The notes beneath the pieces were generated by a model, which saw only the letters and a program-made list of their open reading frames with translations, searched no databases and had not been told where the DNA came from. Shown here piece by piece: positions 4,384 through 12,709 of a stretch of 19,799 bases of DNA. Numbering within the stretch: position 1 is the first letter of the stretch; the number at the start of each line of letters is the position of its first letter. A program made the translations under genes and the position numbers. This stretch comes from Nitrososphaerota archaeon (GTDB taxonomy: Archaea > Thermoproteota > Nitrososphaeria_A > Caldarchaeales > Calditenuaceae). Location: the NCBI GenBank assembly GCA_038741355.1, contig JAVYLC010000033.1, forward strand, positions 1 to 19,799. The letters are read 5' to 3'.

Positions 4384-6819
4384 ATGTCAGGCGTTAGCAG
4401 AAGGGACTTTATGAGAGTGGTGTCAGCCACCGCAGCTGCCAGTGCAATAGGCTCACTCATCGCAGCGCCGAGAGATGCTCTTCTCAGCCTACAGACAGAC
4501 GTACTGCAAGCTAGGTCTGACTATAGGTTCGTTGAAGATAGCTGGGTGACGAGCACGTGTCTGCAGTGCCCAGCCGGATGCGGGATAGCTGTGCGGGTAA
4601 CAGGGGGAAGGGCTGTCAAGATAGAGGGTAATCCTCTCCACCCGATTAACAGGGGCTCAATATGCCCCAAGGCACACTATGGTCTCCAAATACTATACGA
4701 CCCTGATAGAATCACGGGGCCTCTCGTCAGAGTGGGCGAGAGAGGTAAAATTGAATTTAGAGAGGTTAGCTGGAGGGAGGCAATCGACCTAGTTGCTTCA
4801 AGACTCTCTGAGTTGCGTCGTGCCGGAACACCTGAACGTTTTGTCTGGCTTGATGGCAGGGTTCGAGGCAACATGGGCGACTTCATCTCGAGGTTTACGA
4901 CTGCCTTTGGAACACCAAACCGTATAGGTCATAGTAGTATTTGTTCTGATGGTGCGGTAATTGCGCATTACCTTATGCAGGGTGTCAAACATTATCTAGG
5001 CTATGACTGGCAAAACACCAACTATCTGCTTCTCTTCGGGGCAGGCTTCATAGAAGCATGGAGGCCGACAGTGAGACTTCTTAGAAGCTATGGCCACATT
5101 AGGGGTGAGAGGCCTGTGAGGGCCAAGATAGTTGTAGCAGATGTAAGGTATTCAACTACTGCCAAGAAGGCGGACGAGTGGATTAGGATAAGGCCTGGTA
5201 CTGACGGAGCCTTAGCGCTCGGAATAGCACATGTGATAATCAGAGACGAACTATATGACAGGGAGTTCGTCGAGAACCACACATACGGTTTTGAAGAGTT
5301 TGCAGAGACGGTCCTCTCCAAATATGGAGTGGAATGGGCTGAGAAGGTTACCGGCGTTTCTGCCGAAACTATTGAAAGAGTAGCCCATGAATTCGCGACG
5401 ACTAAGCCCGCTATCGCCGCCGGTCAGCGCGGTGCTATGATGCAGCCCAACGGCGTCTATAGCTACATGGCTATCCACGCCCTGAACGCGCTAGTCGGAA
5501 GCATAGGTAAAAGAGGCGGTGTGATCGCGCAAAAGTCGCCACCTTTCAAAAAATGGCCGGAATTTAAGCCTGACGAGGTCGCTGGCAAGGGGCTGGCTAA
5601 TGTGCGCATAGACTATGCTGGGACAGAGAGGTATCCATTTGCGAAAAACGTGTATCAGCAGGTGGCCGAGTCGGTCGTTGAGGGAAGACCCTACCCAGTA
5701 GAGGTTTTAATGATCTACTACACTAACCCGGCATTCTCATCCCCCAACGTGGCCTTGTGGGAGAAAGCTTTAGAGAAGATACCGTTCATAGTTAGCACCT
5801 CTCCATTCATGGACGAGACAACAGCCTACTATGCAGATGTGGTCCTACCTGACCACACATATCTCGAACGCTGGATGGATGACGTAATCTACCCAAGCCT
5901 CGGCTACCCCGTTGCCTCAATACGCCAGCCCGTCGTTAAGCCTCTCTACAATACCGCGAATACAGGGGACGTGATAATAGAGCTGGCGAAGAGGATTGGT
6001 GGCGTCGTAGCTGATGCTCTTCCGTGGAATAGTTTTGAGGAGGTTATCAAGTTTAGATGGAGCGGGATATGGGAGAGCGGGCGTGGAAAGGTTGGCCCCG
6101 TTCCTGTATCCCGAATGAGTAGTTTTGAAGAATTCTGGGCTAATGTGTTGAAGTATGGTTTCTGGGCTGATCCGCCTTACATCTTTGAAGACTACAAACA
6201 CGAGTTACAGACAAAGACGGGAAAGTTTGAGTTTCGCTCTAAAACCCTCGAGGAGAAGCTGAAGAGTCTCGCCCAGAAAATCGCAAAAGAGAAGGGGGTA
6301 GAGTTTGATCAGGCATATGAGACGTTGCTGGATAATCTAAATATCAAGGCAAGAGGGGTAGAGGTTTTCATACCACATTATGAGGAGCCAGAATTCGCTG
6401 GAGACGCATCCCAATATCCCTTCATCCTAATTACATACAAGTCGATAATGCATGCAGAGGGGAGAGGGACAAACTCTCCCTGGGCTTTAGCCAGTTTTGG
6501 GCCGCACGTCAGGATGGGCTGGCGTAACTGGGTGGAGATTCATCCAGAGACTGCCAAGCGGCTCGGTATAAGGGATGGTGAGTTGGTCATGGTCGAGTCG
6601 CCTGCGGGAAGTTTGATTACCGTGGCGAAGATACACCCGACCTCAGTGCCTGAGGTCGTGGTCATGCCTTTTGGAATAGGTCGGAAGGCCTATGGTAGGT
6701 GGGCATCGAAGACGGGAACGAATGTCAACAACATCCTTATCGAGAGGCGGGAAAGGTTGTCTGGCTCGGCTGGTTTCTCATCGACACGTGTCAGGATTAC
6801 AAAGTGGGGTGGTGCCTGA
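4384..6819 (+). CDS. Tat-exported molybdopterin (bis-MGD) oxidoreductase catalytic subunit of the Psr/Phs/Ttr/Sre-like clade. The substrate is unknown.
   Basis: ORF track entry of 811 aa. It has the twin-arginine motif SRRDFMRVV followed by a hydrophobic region. The N-terminal FS0 motif is CLQCPAGCGIAVRV...GSICPKA (C-x2-C-x3-C-x27-C). The segment GHSSICSDG, with the Cys codon at 4942-4944, fits the Cys molybdenum ligand position of polysulfide/thiosulfate/tetrathionate-type enzymes as I recall them. The gene is followed by FeS and NrfD-like subunit genes. Confidence 0.85.
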   Translation: MSGVSRRDFMRVVSATAAASAIGSLIAAPRDALLSLQTDVLQARSDYRFVEDSWVTSTCLQCPAGCGIAVRVTGGRAVKIEGNPLHPINRGSICPKAHYGLQILYDPDRITGPLVRVGERGKIEFREVSWREAIDLVASRLSELRRAGTPERFVWLDGRVRGNMGDFISRFTTAFGTPNRIGHSSICSDGAVIAHYLMQGVKHYLGYDWQNTNYLLLFGAGFIEAWRPTVRLLRSYGHIRGERPVRAKIVVADVRYSTTAKKADEWIRIRPGTDGALALGIAHVIIRDELYDREFVENHTYGFEEFAETVLSKYGVEWAEKVTGVSAETIERVAHEFATTKPAIAAGQRGAMMQPNGVYSYMAIHALNALVGSIGKRGGVIAQKSPPFKKWPEFKPDEVAGKGLANVRIDYAGTERYPFAKNVYQQVAESVVEGRPYPVEVLMIYYTNPAFSSPNVALWEKALEKIPFIVSTSPFMDETTAYYADVVLPDHTYLERWMDDVIYPSLGYPVASIRQPVVKPLYNTANTGDVIIELAKRIGGVVADALPWNSFEEVIKFRWSGIWESGRGKVGPVPVSRMSSFEEFWANVLKYGFWADPPYIFEDYKHELQTKTGKFEFRSKTLEEKLKSLAQKIAKEKGVEFDQAYETLLDNLNIKARGVEVFIPHYEEPEFAGDASQYPFILITYKSIMHAEGRGTNSPWALASFGPHVRMGWRNWVEIHPETAKRLGIRDGELVMVESPAGSLITVAKIHPTSVPEVVVMPFGIGRKAYGRWASKTGTNVNNILIERRERLSGSAGFSSTRVRITKWGGA

Positions 6820-7634
6820 TGGTCCGGTGGGGTATGGTTATAGACTTGGATAAATGCACAGCCTGTCAAGCGTGCGTCGTAGCATGTAAAGCCGAGAATA
6901 ATATACCAATAGGTAGTGAAGCTGAGCAAGCGGCTGGCCGTCAAATCTCTTGGATGGACTTAATAGTTAAAAATTCTGAGGGGAGGGTCGCTATGCTCCC
7001 AAGGCCCTGCATGCACTGTGACAACCCTCCATGCGTCCAAGTTTGCCCAGTAGGCGCAACGTTCAGGCGCGAAGATGGGATAGTGGATCAAGACTATAAC
7101 AGATGCATCGGATGCAGGCTCTGCATGGTCGCCTGCCCCTATGGTGTCAGATACTTTAACTGGCGTGAACCATCATGGCCGGATACCTATCTGGAGTATC
7201 TCAATCCGACCGTGCCAGTAAGGCCTGCGGGGGTTGTAGAGAAATGTACTTTCTGTGTCCACAGAATTACACGTTTAAAGAGAGACATAAGTGCTGGAAA
7301 TGTCCCACCGGCCATAACCAGGGTCACCAAGAACAATATGAGCCTAGAGGAGAAAACCAGTAAAGCCGTGGATACCCTAATGCGGAGACTTATCATGAAA
7401 AGTGACGAGGTTGAGAGAGCGGATCCAGAGGATTTGTGGATCGACTTCGACTTCAGAGAACTCAACTACCTGCCGTCATGTGTCAGAAGCTGCACCGGTA
7501 GAGCACTAATATTCGGAGACCTTGACGATCCAGAGAGCTTGGCTTCGCAGATGGCTAAGAGTAAGAGGGCTTTTAGACTGTTTGAGGAGCTGGGCACAAA
7601 TCCGAAAGTGATATATCTCCAGGAGGGGAGGTAG
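6819..7634 (+). CDS. Four-cluster [4Fe-4S] electron-transfer subunit (PsrB/NrfC/DmsB-like)
   Basis: This is ORF track entry 6699..7634, trimmed to the ATG at 6819. That ATG overlaps the upstream TGA in the sequence TGATG. The Cys groups are CTACQACVVAC, CMHCDNPPCVQVCP, CIGCRLCMVACP and CTFC...CVRSC, followed by ALIFGDLDDPES. The ATG at 6834 is an alternative start. Confidence 0.85.
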   Translation: MVRWGMVIDLDKCTACQACVVACKAENNIPIGSEAEQAAGRQISWMDLIVKNSEGRVAMLPRPCMHCDNPPCVQVCPVGATFRREDGIVDQDYNRCIGCRLCMVACPYGVRYFNWREPSWPDTYLEYLNPTVPVRPAGVVEKCTFCVHRITRLKRDISAGNVPPAITRVTKNNMSLEEKTSKAVDTLMRRLIMKSDEVERADPEDLWIDFDFRELNYLPSCVRSCTGRALIFGDLDDPESLASQMAKSKRAFRLFEELGTNPKVIYLQEGR

Positions 7635-9179
7635 ATGGAGGTAGGTTATGACAAATACTATAACCCCGGCGGCTTCAGCAGAATAGCATACGCCACTCTG
7701 GGAATATTGATAATCGTGATTGCTCTGGCTTTGCATGCGTGGCTTCAGCAGTTGACACAGGGGCTGGCTGTCACAGGTCTTAACAGGCCTGTCGTCTGGG
7801 GGATTTACATGGCTAATTTCGTCTTCTTCATAAGCATAAGCATGTCAGGGACTTTCATCTCATCTGTTATGAGGCTGCTCAACCTAGAATGGGGCAAACC
7901 GATAACTAGGATAGCTGAAGTCATAACTGTTGGAAGCCTCCTGATGGCCGCCCTTAACATATTGTTCGATGTGGGAGGGCTCTTCCGCGCCCTCATCTAC
8001 ATACCCCTCTTTGGCAGGATACAGTCGCCCGTCGGATGGGACGTAATCGTCCTTCTCTTCTATCTTCTCACAGGCCTAGGTTATCTACACGTAGCGCTTA
8101 TACCCGATATAGCGGTCATGGCAGGGAGGGAGAGCCGTTTTTCATGGCTCTATAGTCTGCTACGTTATGACTGGCGGGGAGATAAAGACCAGCTCCACCT
8201 ACTTGAGTCAGGGCTTAAAATCCTCGCAATAGTGACTGTGCCAGTTGCTGTGATGATGCACACTGTTACCGGCTGGATATTTGGCGGGATGAAGGCTGTC
8301 TCAACATGGAACGACGCAATCATGGGCCCATACTTCATAATAGGCGCGCTCCTATCAGGGTTGTCTCTCGTCATAATAACCTCGGCCATTATCAGATGGA
8401 GATTCGCTCTCCACGAAGTAATCCCCGACAGAACATTCATTAACTTGGGAAAGATGCTCGTGGTCTTCTTGCTGGGCTATCTCTACTTTATGCTTGCAGA
8501 AACATTCACCGTCAGGTACGCGGCTGTATCTGAAGACATTAGAGTCTCAGAGTTTTCATGGACTGGGCCGTATAGCCCTCTAACATGGTATGTGTTAGCC
8601 TCTCTTGTAATAGCTAGTGTTGTTTTGCTTATACCGAGGCTAAGAACCTATAAAGCGGTTGTTGCCATGTCTGCGGCGGTCCTCCCAGCCACGTGGGTTA
8701 AGAGAGTGTTAATAGTTTTGCCGGGGATGATTCACCATGACAGTCTCCCGACAGTTCAATCAGCCCTCCCCCAATATACGCCTACATACGTGGAGTTTTT
8801 GCTCACTGCAGGCTCTTTCGCAGGTCTCGCGCTGATTCTATTGTTGTTCGTAAAGCTATTCCCAGTCTTTCCAGTCTGGGAGGTTTTCGGGGTGCAGAAA
8901 ACCAAAACCGAGCCAACTACAAACATCTCGCTACGCGCTGTCCTAACCGGGTGGATGTCAGGAATATTAGTCTCCACAGCTTACGTAGCTGCATGGGCTG
9001 CATCAACTATTATATTCGCAGGAGAAAACTCGGCGGTAACTTACTCTGTCAAGCTCGCGCCAACAGCTATTCAGGTTCAATCTATACCAGAACTCGCCAC
9101 GACAGCTATGTTCAACCTCCTAATCATAGTTGCACTGGCAGGCGTTTTAGCTATATTGTTTGTTAGAAGAAGAGGCTGA
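7635..9179 (+). CDS. Polytopic membrane quinol-interacting subunit (NrfD/PsrC-like), extended to 514 aa
   Basis: ORF track entry. Its ATG immediately follows the TAG of the FeS subunit gene (7632-7634), so the two are probably translationally coupled. It has many hydrophobic segments throughout. The assignment rests mainly on the operon position A-B-C and the membrane character; I do not recall a diagnostic motif. Confidence 0.65.
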   Translation: MEVGYDKYYNPGGFSRIAYATLGILIIVIALALHAWLQQLTQGLAVTGLNRPVVWGIYMANFVFFISISMSGTFISSVMRLLNLEWGKPITRIAEVITVGSLLMAALNILFDVGGLFRALIYIPLFGRIQSPVGWDVIVLLFYLLTGLGYLHVALIPDIAVMAGRESRFSWLYSLLRYDWRGDKDQLHLLESGLKILAIVTVPVAVMMHTVTGWIFGGMKAVSTWNDAIMGPYFIIGALLSGLSLVIITSAIIRWRFALHEVIPDRTFINLGKMLVVFLLGYLYFMLAETFTVRYAAVSEDIRVSEFSWTGPYSPLTWYVLASLVIASVVLLIPRLRTYKAVVAMSAAVLPATWVKRVLIVLPGMIHHDSLPTVQSALPQYTPTYVEFLLTAGSFAGLALILLLFVKLFPVFPVWEVFGVQKTKTEPTTNISLRAVLTGWMSGILVSTAYVAAWAASTIIFAGENSAVTYSVKLAPTAIQVQSIPELATTAMFNLLIIVALAGVLAILFVRRRG

Positions 9180-9202
9180 ATAACTCCAGCATCTCGCCTA
9201 TC

Positions 9203-9212
9203 TTCATTTTTT
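9203..9212 (+). terminator. Oligo-T archaeal terminator candidate after the oxidoreductase operon
   Basis: The sequence cttcaTTTTTTaag has T6 at 9207-9212, 28 nt after the stop at 9179. It lies in a 114-nt intergenic gap. Confidence 0.45.
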
Positions 9213-9293
9213 AAGTGTAGCGCCAAGACTGTAGGAAAGCTACCTGTATCTGTGTCGTCCTGTCCTATGGGAAGATTTTAGAGTAGGGCTGAG

Positions 9294-10163
9294 GTGGATG
9301 GTGGTGTCGTCGTGAAGGGTGTTAGAGAGTTTGTTGACCCATCGGCTCTGGCAGCGGCCATGTCTGAGAGTTCAAGGTTTAGGAGAGGGGTCATTGTCTT
9401 ATCGGCTGCCTTCATCTCTCACGTGTCCTCATCGGTCTACTACGTCTTAGAGAAGCTGCGGGTCAGATACGCTTCACCAGCTATTGAGCTGCCTCTCCCC
9501 CCTATAACTGAGGCTCCCGAGGCCGTCTTTTTGGCGACGCTGTATCTGAGCATGGGATTTCTAGCAGTTATCGGGGTATTCTCGATCACCGTTTATCTGA
9601 AGGGGAGGGAGAGGAGGAGTCTTATACCCGTCTTTAGCTCAGCCATGCACGGCTTCCTAGCCTTCACAGCGGCAACACTACTCCTACTCCCCATCCTACT
9701 TACAGCACCCCCCGCCGATGTGGCTATAACCTATGCAGAGGTTAGCGAAGTCAAGCTTGAGAACGCGAGGATAGATGGAATGCTGAGGTCTAATGGATCA
9801 GAATTGACGATTACTGCCCAAGTCTTGCGGTCACCACGGCTAGTATACAACGTCTCAAGCCACAGCCACCCCCTCCTCATAGAGTCTGCGACCGCTAGGG
9901 TCTCTGACCAGATTATAAGTCTGGGGGATATACTGGTTGAGAGGCTTTCGTGGGATCGGGTAGAATTCAGTGGCTACAGCTTTGCGACTGAGCCGGCTAT
10001 GAGCCGCGAGCCGTGGAGTGCCCTTGCCACTGAGTTGTCTTGGCTGTGGCTGGTCTTATACGTTGGACTGGCTTGTAAAAAATTTTACAAGCTTAGCTCT
10101 CAGACCGTTACACTCTCTATCATCATCACGATTATTGTCCTGCTTGTTTTCGGCCTGCTATGA
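9294..10163 (+). CDS. Hypothetical membrane protein
   Basis: ORF track entry of 289 aa with a GTG start; the ATG at 9360 (MSESSRF...) is an alternative. Several hydrophobic segments are present (VIVLSAAFISHV, FLATLYLSMGFLAVIGVFSITVYL, GFLAFTAATLLLLPILL, WLWLVLYVGLA, LSIIITIIVLLVFGLL). I recognise no family motif. Its 3' end overlaps the convergent PPAT gene by 32 nt. Confidence 0.5.
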   Translation: MDGGVVVKGVREFVDPSALAAAMSESSRFRRGVIVLSAAFISHVSSSVYYVLEKLRVRYASPAIELPLPPITEAPEAVFLATLYLSMGFLAVIGVFSITVYLKGRERRSLIPVFSSAMHGFLAFTAATLLLLPILLTAPPADVAITYAEVSEVKLENARIDGMLRSNGSELTITAQVLRSPRLVYNVSSHSHPLLIESATARVSDQIISLGDILVERLSWDRVEFSGYSFATEPAMSREPWSALATELSWLWLVLYVGLACKKFYKLSSQTVTLSIIITIIVLLVFGLL

Positions 10164-10872
10164 GTCTTCCAGCCCTATCAACCTCGCCTAGCCTAACCCT
10201 CGTACTGCTGATGGGCCTACCATCCTCTGCGAGCACAAGGGGGGAGAGTTCAAGCGATACTGGTGGCAGCCCTTTCGATACTCTCAGGTTAACTGCCTCC
10301 TCAGCTCTGTCAAGCGTTATCGGGCCTGTCACCAGCGCGTTGATCCCCTCATCGGATAATAAGGGGCCATAGGGGTCGTTGAGTTGGGTTATCTCAGCCC
10401 TCGATAACCAACCACACCTATCTAAGGTTCTTCTAAGCTCCTCAACCCTCTCCCTCATAGGCGAAACCCTCCCTTCCTTTCTTAATTTTGAGGCAAATTC
10501 GTCGCTGGTGACTCCTATTATCACCTTTTTCGAGAGTCTAAAGGCAGTGTTAAGAAGAGCGATATGGCCTATGTGGAGTTCGTCGAATGTGCCTCCAAGA
10601 GCGCTAACGTTATAGATTGGCGTGAAGTTCCTAGATAGCTCTAACTCCTCCTCTACCTCGTAGTACCAGAGCCTGTGGCTCCTCAGCAATATTAGAGCCT
10701 CCCCCTTCAGCACTCCAAGCTGCAGCGCAAGCTCATCAAGAGTAATCTTCGGATGCTTCACCAAGATCTCTTTAACGAGTAGGTCACGCTTACTGCTGTA
10801 GCTTCCCATCCCCCTAACAACTTCCCAGAGCATAGGATAGAGCTCGGCTACCGTAACTTTATCCAACTTCAC
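10132..10872 (-). CDS. coaD: Archaeal-type phosphopantetheine adenylyltransferase (cytidylyltransferase fold) with an N-terminal extension of about 90 aa
   Basis: ORF track entry of 246 aa with a GTG start. The C-terminal region reads GGTFDELHIGHIALLNTAF...VIIGVTSDEFA...ITQLNDPYGP...ALVTGPITLDRAEEAVNLRVSKGLPPVSLE...DGRPISSTRVRLGEVDRAG. This matches the GGTFDxLHxGH ... ISSTRIR pattern of archaeal PPAT (COG1019-type) as I recall it. A TATA-like tttaataa lies about 23 nt upstream of the GTG on the minus strand. Confidence 0.75.
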   Translation of the reverse strand: MKLDKVTVAELYPMLWEVVRGMGSYSSKRDLLVKEILVKHPKITLDELALQLGVLKGEALILLRSHRLWYYEVEEELELSRNFTPIYNVSALGGTFDELHIGHIALLNTAFRLSKKVIIGVTSDEFASKLRKEGRVSPMRERVEELRRTLDRCGWLSRAEITQLNDPYGPLLSDEGINALVTGPITLDRAEEAVNLRVSKGLPPVSLELSPLVLAEDGRPISSTRVRLGEVDRAGRLIAGRKQAGQ

Positions 10873-10958
10873 TTCTCAGTGTAGATTGCTATAAGTTATT
10901 AAACCATTATGCTGTGTTAGGAAAGACTTATAGCTTGAGTTGGACTTTTTTAGAGCGC

Positions 10959-11276
10959 ATGACGGCGCTTAAGCAGATACACAGAATCTACGAGGAGCTT
11001 AAGGATACGGTGGACTTCTTCGAGGAGCAGGTCAACAATGGTTCTCGGCTTGAGATGGTTGCAAACAACATCTCCGAGGTCATAGAGACGATTGAGAGCC
11101 TGCTGCTAGACCCACGCCTCTCCCCCTCAACAATCAGCATGTTCGAGGAGCTTAGGATGCGTGCGCTTGGAATCCGGCGGAAGGTTAACAACGCGCTAAG
11201 CAAGATGGAAGAAAATATTAGTAGCGAAGGTGAGGGTTTTGAAGGAAGAAGATGGCGCCGTTGGAGGACTTATTAG
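10959..11276 (+). CDS. Hypothetical small helical/acidic protein
   Basis: The ORF track starts this entry at GTG 10914. I prefer the ATG at 10959 (MTALKQIHRIYEEL...), because a TATA-like cttatagc at 10927-10934 then sits about 25-30 nt upstream. That also leaves room for the divergent PPAT promoter. I recognise no family. The 3' end overlaps the TldD start by 25 nt. Confidence 0.4.
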   Translation: MTALKQIHRIYEELKDTVDFFEEQVNNGSRLEMVANNISEVIETIESLLLDPRLSPSTISMFEELRMRALGIRRKVNNALSKMEENISSEGEGFEGRRWRRWRTY

Positions 11277-12700
11277 ATTATGCTTTAAAGACCGCATATA
11301 GGCTGGGTGCTTCTTACGCCGAGGCCAGATTTGAAAACCACGTTGGTGAGATGTTCGTTTTAAGGAATGGCGTTGTTGACGTTTCTGCGCGGGCTGTCTC
11401 GCGGGGTGTGGGTGTGCGTGTCCTCTACAACAAGGCCCTCGGCTTCAGCTCCACAGGGGATCTAACTAGGAAGGGGATCTCTGAAGCTGTTAAGAGGGCT
11501 GTAGAGCTTGCCAAAGCCTCGGCTAGGCTGCTCTCCAAGGGCGTGCTTATGTCTGACGAGGTTATGGAGAAGGCGAGGGTCATAGTCAGACCTCGCGTTA
11601 AACATGAGAACGTCGCGACAGAGGATAAGGCTGAGCTTCTGAAGATGGCTGATGGAGCGATCGTCGAGGCCGCCGAAAAAAGGGGTGTCAAGGCGGTCTC
11701 CAGAGTGTTTGAAATGACGCTAGGCCGTCTAGAGAAACATGTTATGAACACGGATGGCGCTGACGTCTACTTGGACAAGCCCCTATCAGCCCTCAACTGC
11801 ATATTCACAATATTCGGAGAGGGCAGGTATCTTCAGAGGTTTCTTAATCTCGGTGAGTCGCGGGGGTGGGAGGCGGTTGAGAGATGGCGGATAGATGATA
11901 TGATGGCTGAGGAGGCGGCGGCCGTGTCTGAGGCGGTTAGGAGAGCGGTTGAGCCGCCCAAGGGGAAGATGGATGTGGTTTTGGGCTCCGAGATCATCGG
12001 CCTCGTGTGTCATGAGTCTGCGGGACATCCCGGGGAGGCAGACAGGATGCTTGGTAGGGAGGCGGCGCAGGCAGGTGAGACATACATCACCCGGGAGCAT
12101 TTGGGCTCGAGGATTGGCTCCGAGCTGGTTACAATCGTCGACGACCCCACACTCCCCGGCTCATTTGGCTACTACCTCTACGATGACGAGGGTGTTAAGG
12201 CTTCAGAGAGGGTTCTAATCGAGCGCGGCGTGATTAAGGAGTTACTCCACAACCGTGAGACTGCCCCTGAGTTCGGTGTGAAGAGCAACGCAGCCTCCCG
12301 CGCCAACAACTACAACAGGGAGCCCATTGTCCGGATGGCGAACACGTACATGAAGCCCGGCGACCACACGCTTGAGGAGCTTATCGAGGACATCAGGGAG
12401 GGTGTGTACGTGAAGAGCTACATGGAGTGGAATATAGATGATAAGCGGTGGAATCAGAGATACGTCGGAGTCGAGGCCTATCTCATCAAGGATGGGGAGC
12501 TGGGAGCCATGGTCTATCAGCCAGTCATAGAGCTGACTACTCAGGCCCTCTACTCAGCCATAGACGCGCTCGGCAGGGACCTAAAATTCTACGCCGGTTA
12601 CTGCGGCAAAGGCGACCCCATGCAGGGTATACCTGTCTGGCTTGGAGGACCATCCGCCCGGCTCAGAAACATTAGGCTAAGCCAAATTAGCGCAGAATAG
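11252..12700 (+). CDS. tldD: TldD-family metalloprotease
   Basis: ORF track entry of 482 aa. It has the metal-binding motif HESAGHPGEAD (HExxGHxxExD), the N-terminal segment ALKTAYRLGASYAEARFE, and the Gly-rich C-terminal segment GYCGKGDPMQGIPVWLGGPSARL, which is typical of TldD/PmbA. Confidence 0.9.
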   Translation: MAPLEDLLDYALKTAYRLGASYAEARFENHVGEMFVLRNGVVDVSARAVSRGVGVRVLYNKALGFSSTGDLTRKGISEAVKRAVELAKASARLLSKGVLMSDEVMEKARVIVRPRVKHENVATEDKAELLKMADGAIVEAAEKRGVKAVSRVFEMTLGRLEKHVMNTDGADVYLDKPLSALNCIFTIFGEGRYLQRFLNLGESRGWEAVERWRIDDMMAEEAAAVSEAVRRAVEPPKGKMDVVLGSEIIGLVCHESAGHPGEADRMLGREAAQAGETYITREHLGSRIGSELVTIVDDPTLPGSFGYYLYDDEGVKASERVLIERGVIKELLHNRETAPEFGVKSNAASRANNYNREPIVRMANTYMKPGDHTLEELIEDIREGVYVKSYMEWNIDDKRWNQRYVGVEAYLIKDGELGAMVYQPVIELTTQALYSAIDALGRDLKFYAGYCGKGDPMQGIPVWLGGPSARLRNIRLSQISAE

Positions 12701-12709
12701 GCACCGAGA

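Noticed and set aside
6699-6818. The upstream start at 6699 for the FeS subunit, as given in the ORF track
   Set aside because: Those 40 codons lie entirely inside the 3' end of the catalytic subunit gene in another frame. The ATG at 6819 overlaps the stop in TGATG and is followed directly by the first ferredoxin motif.
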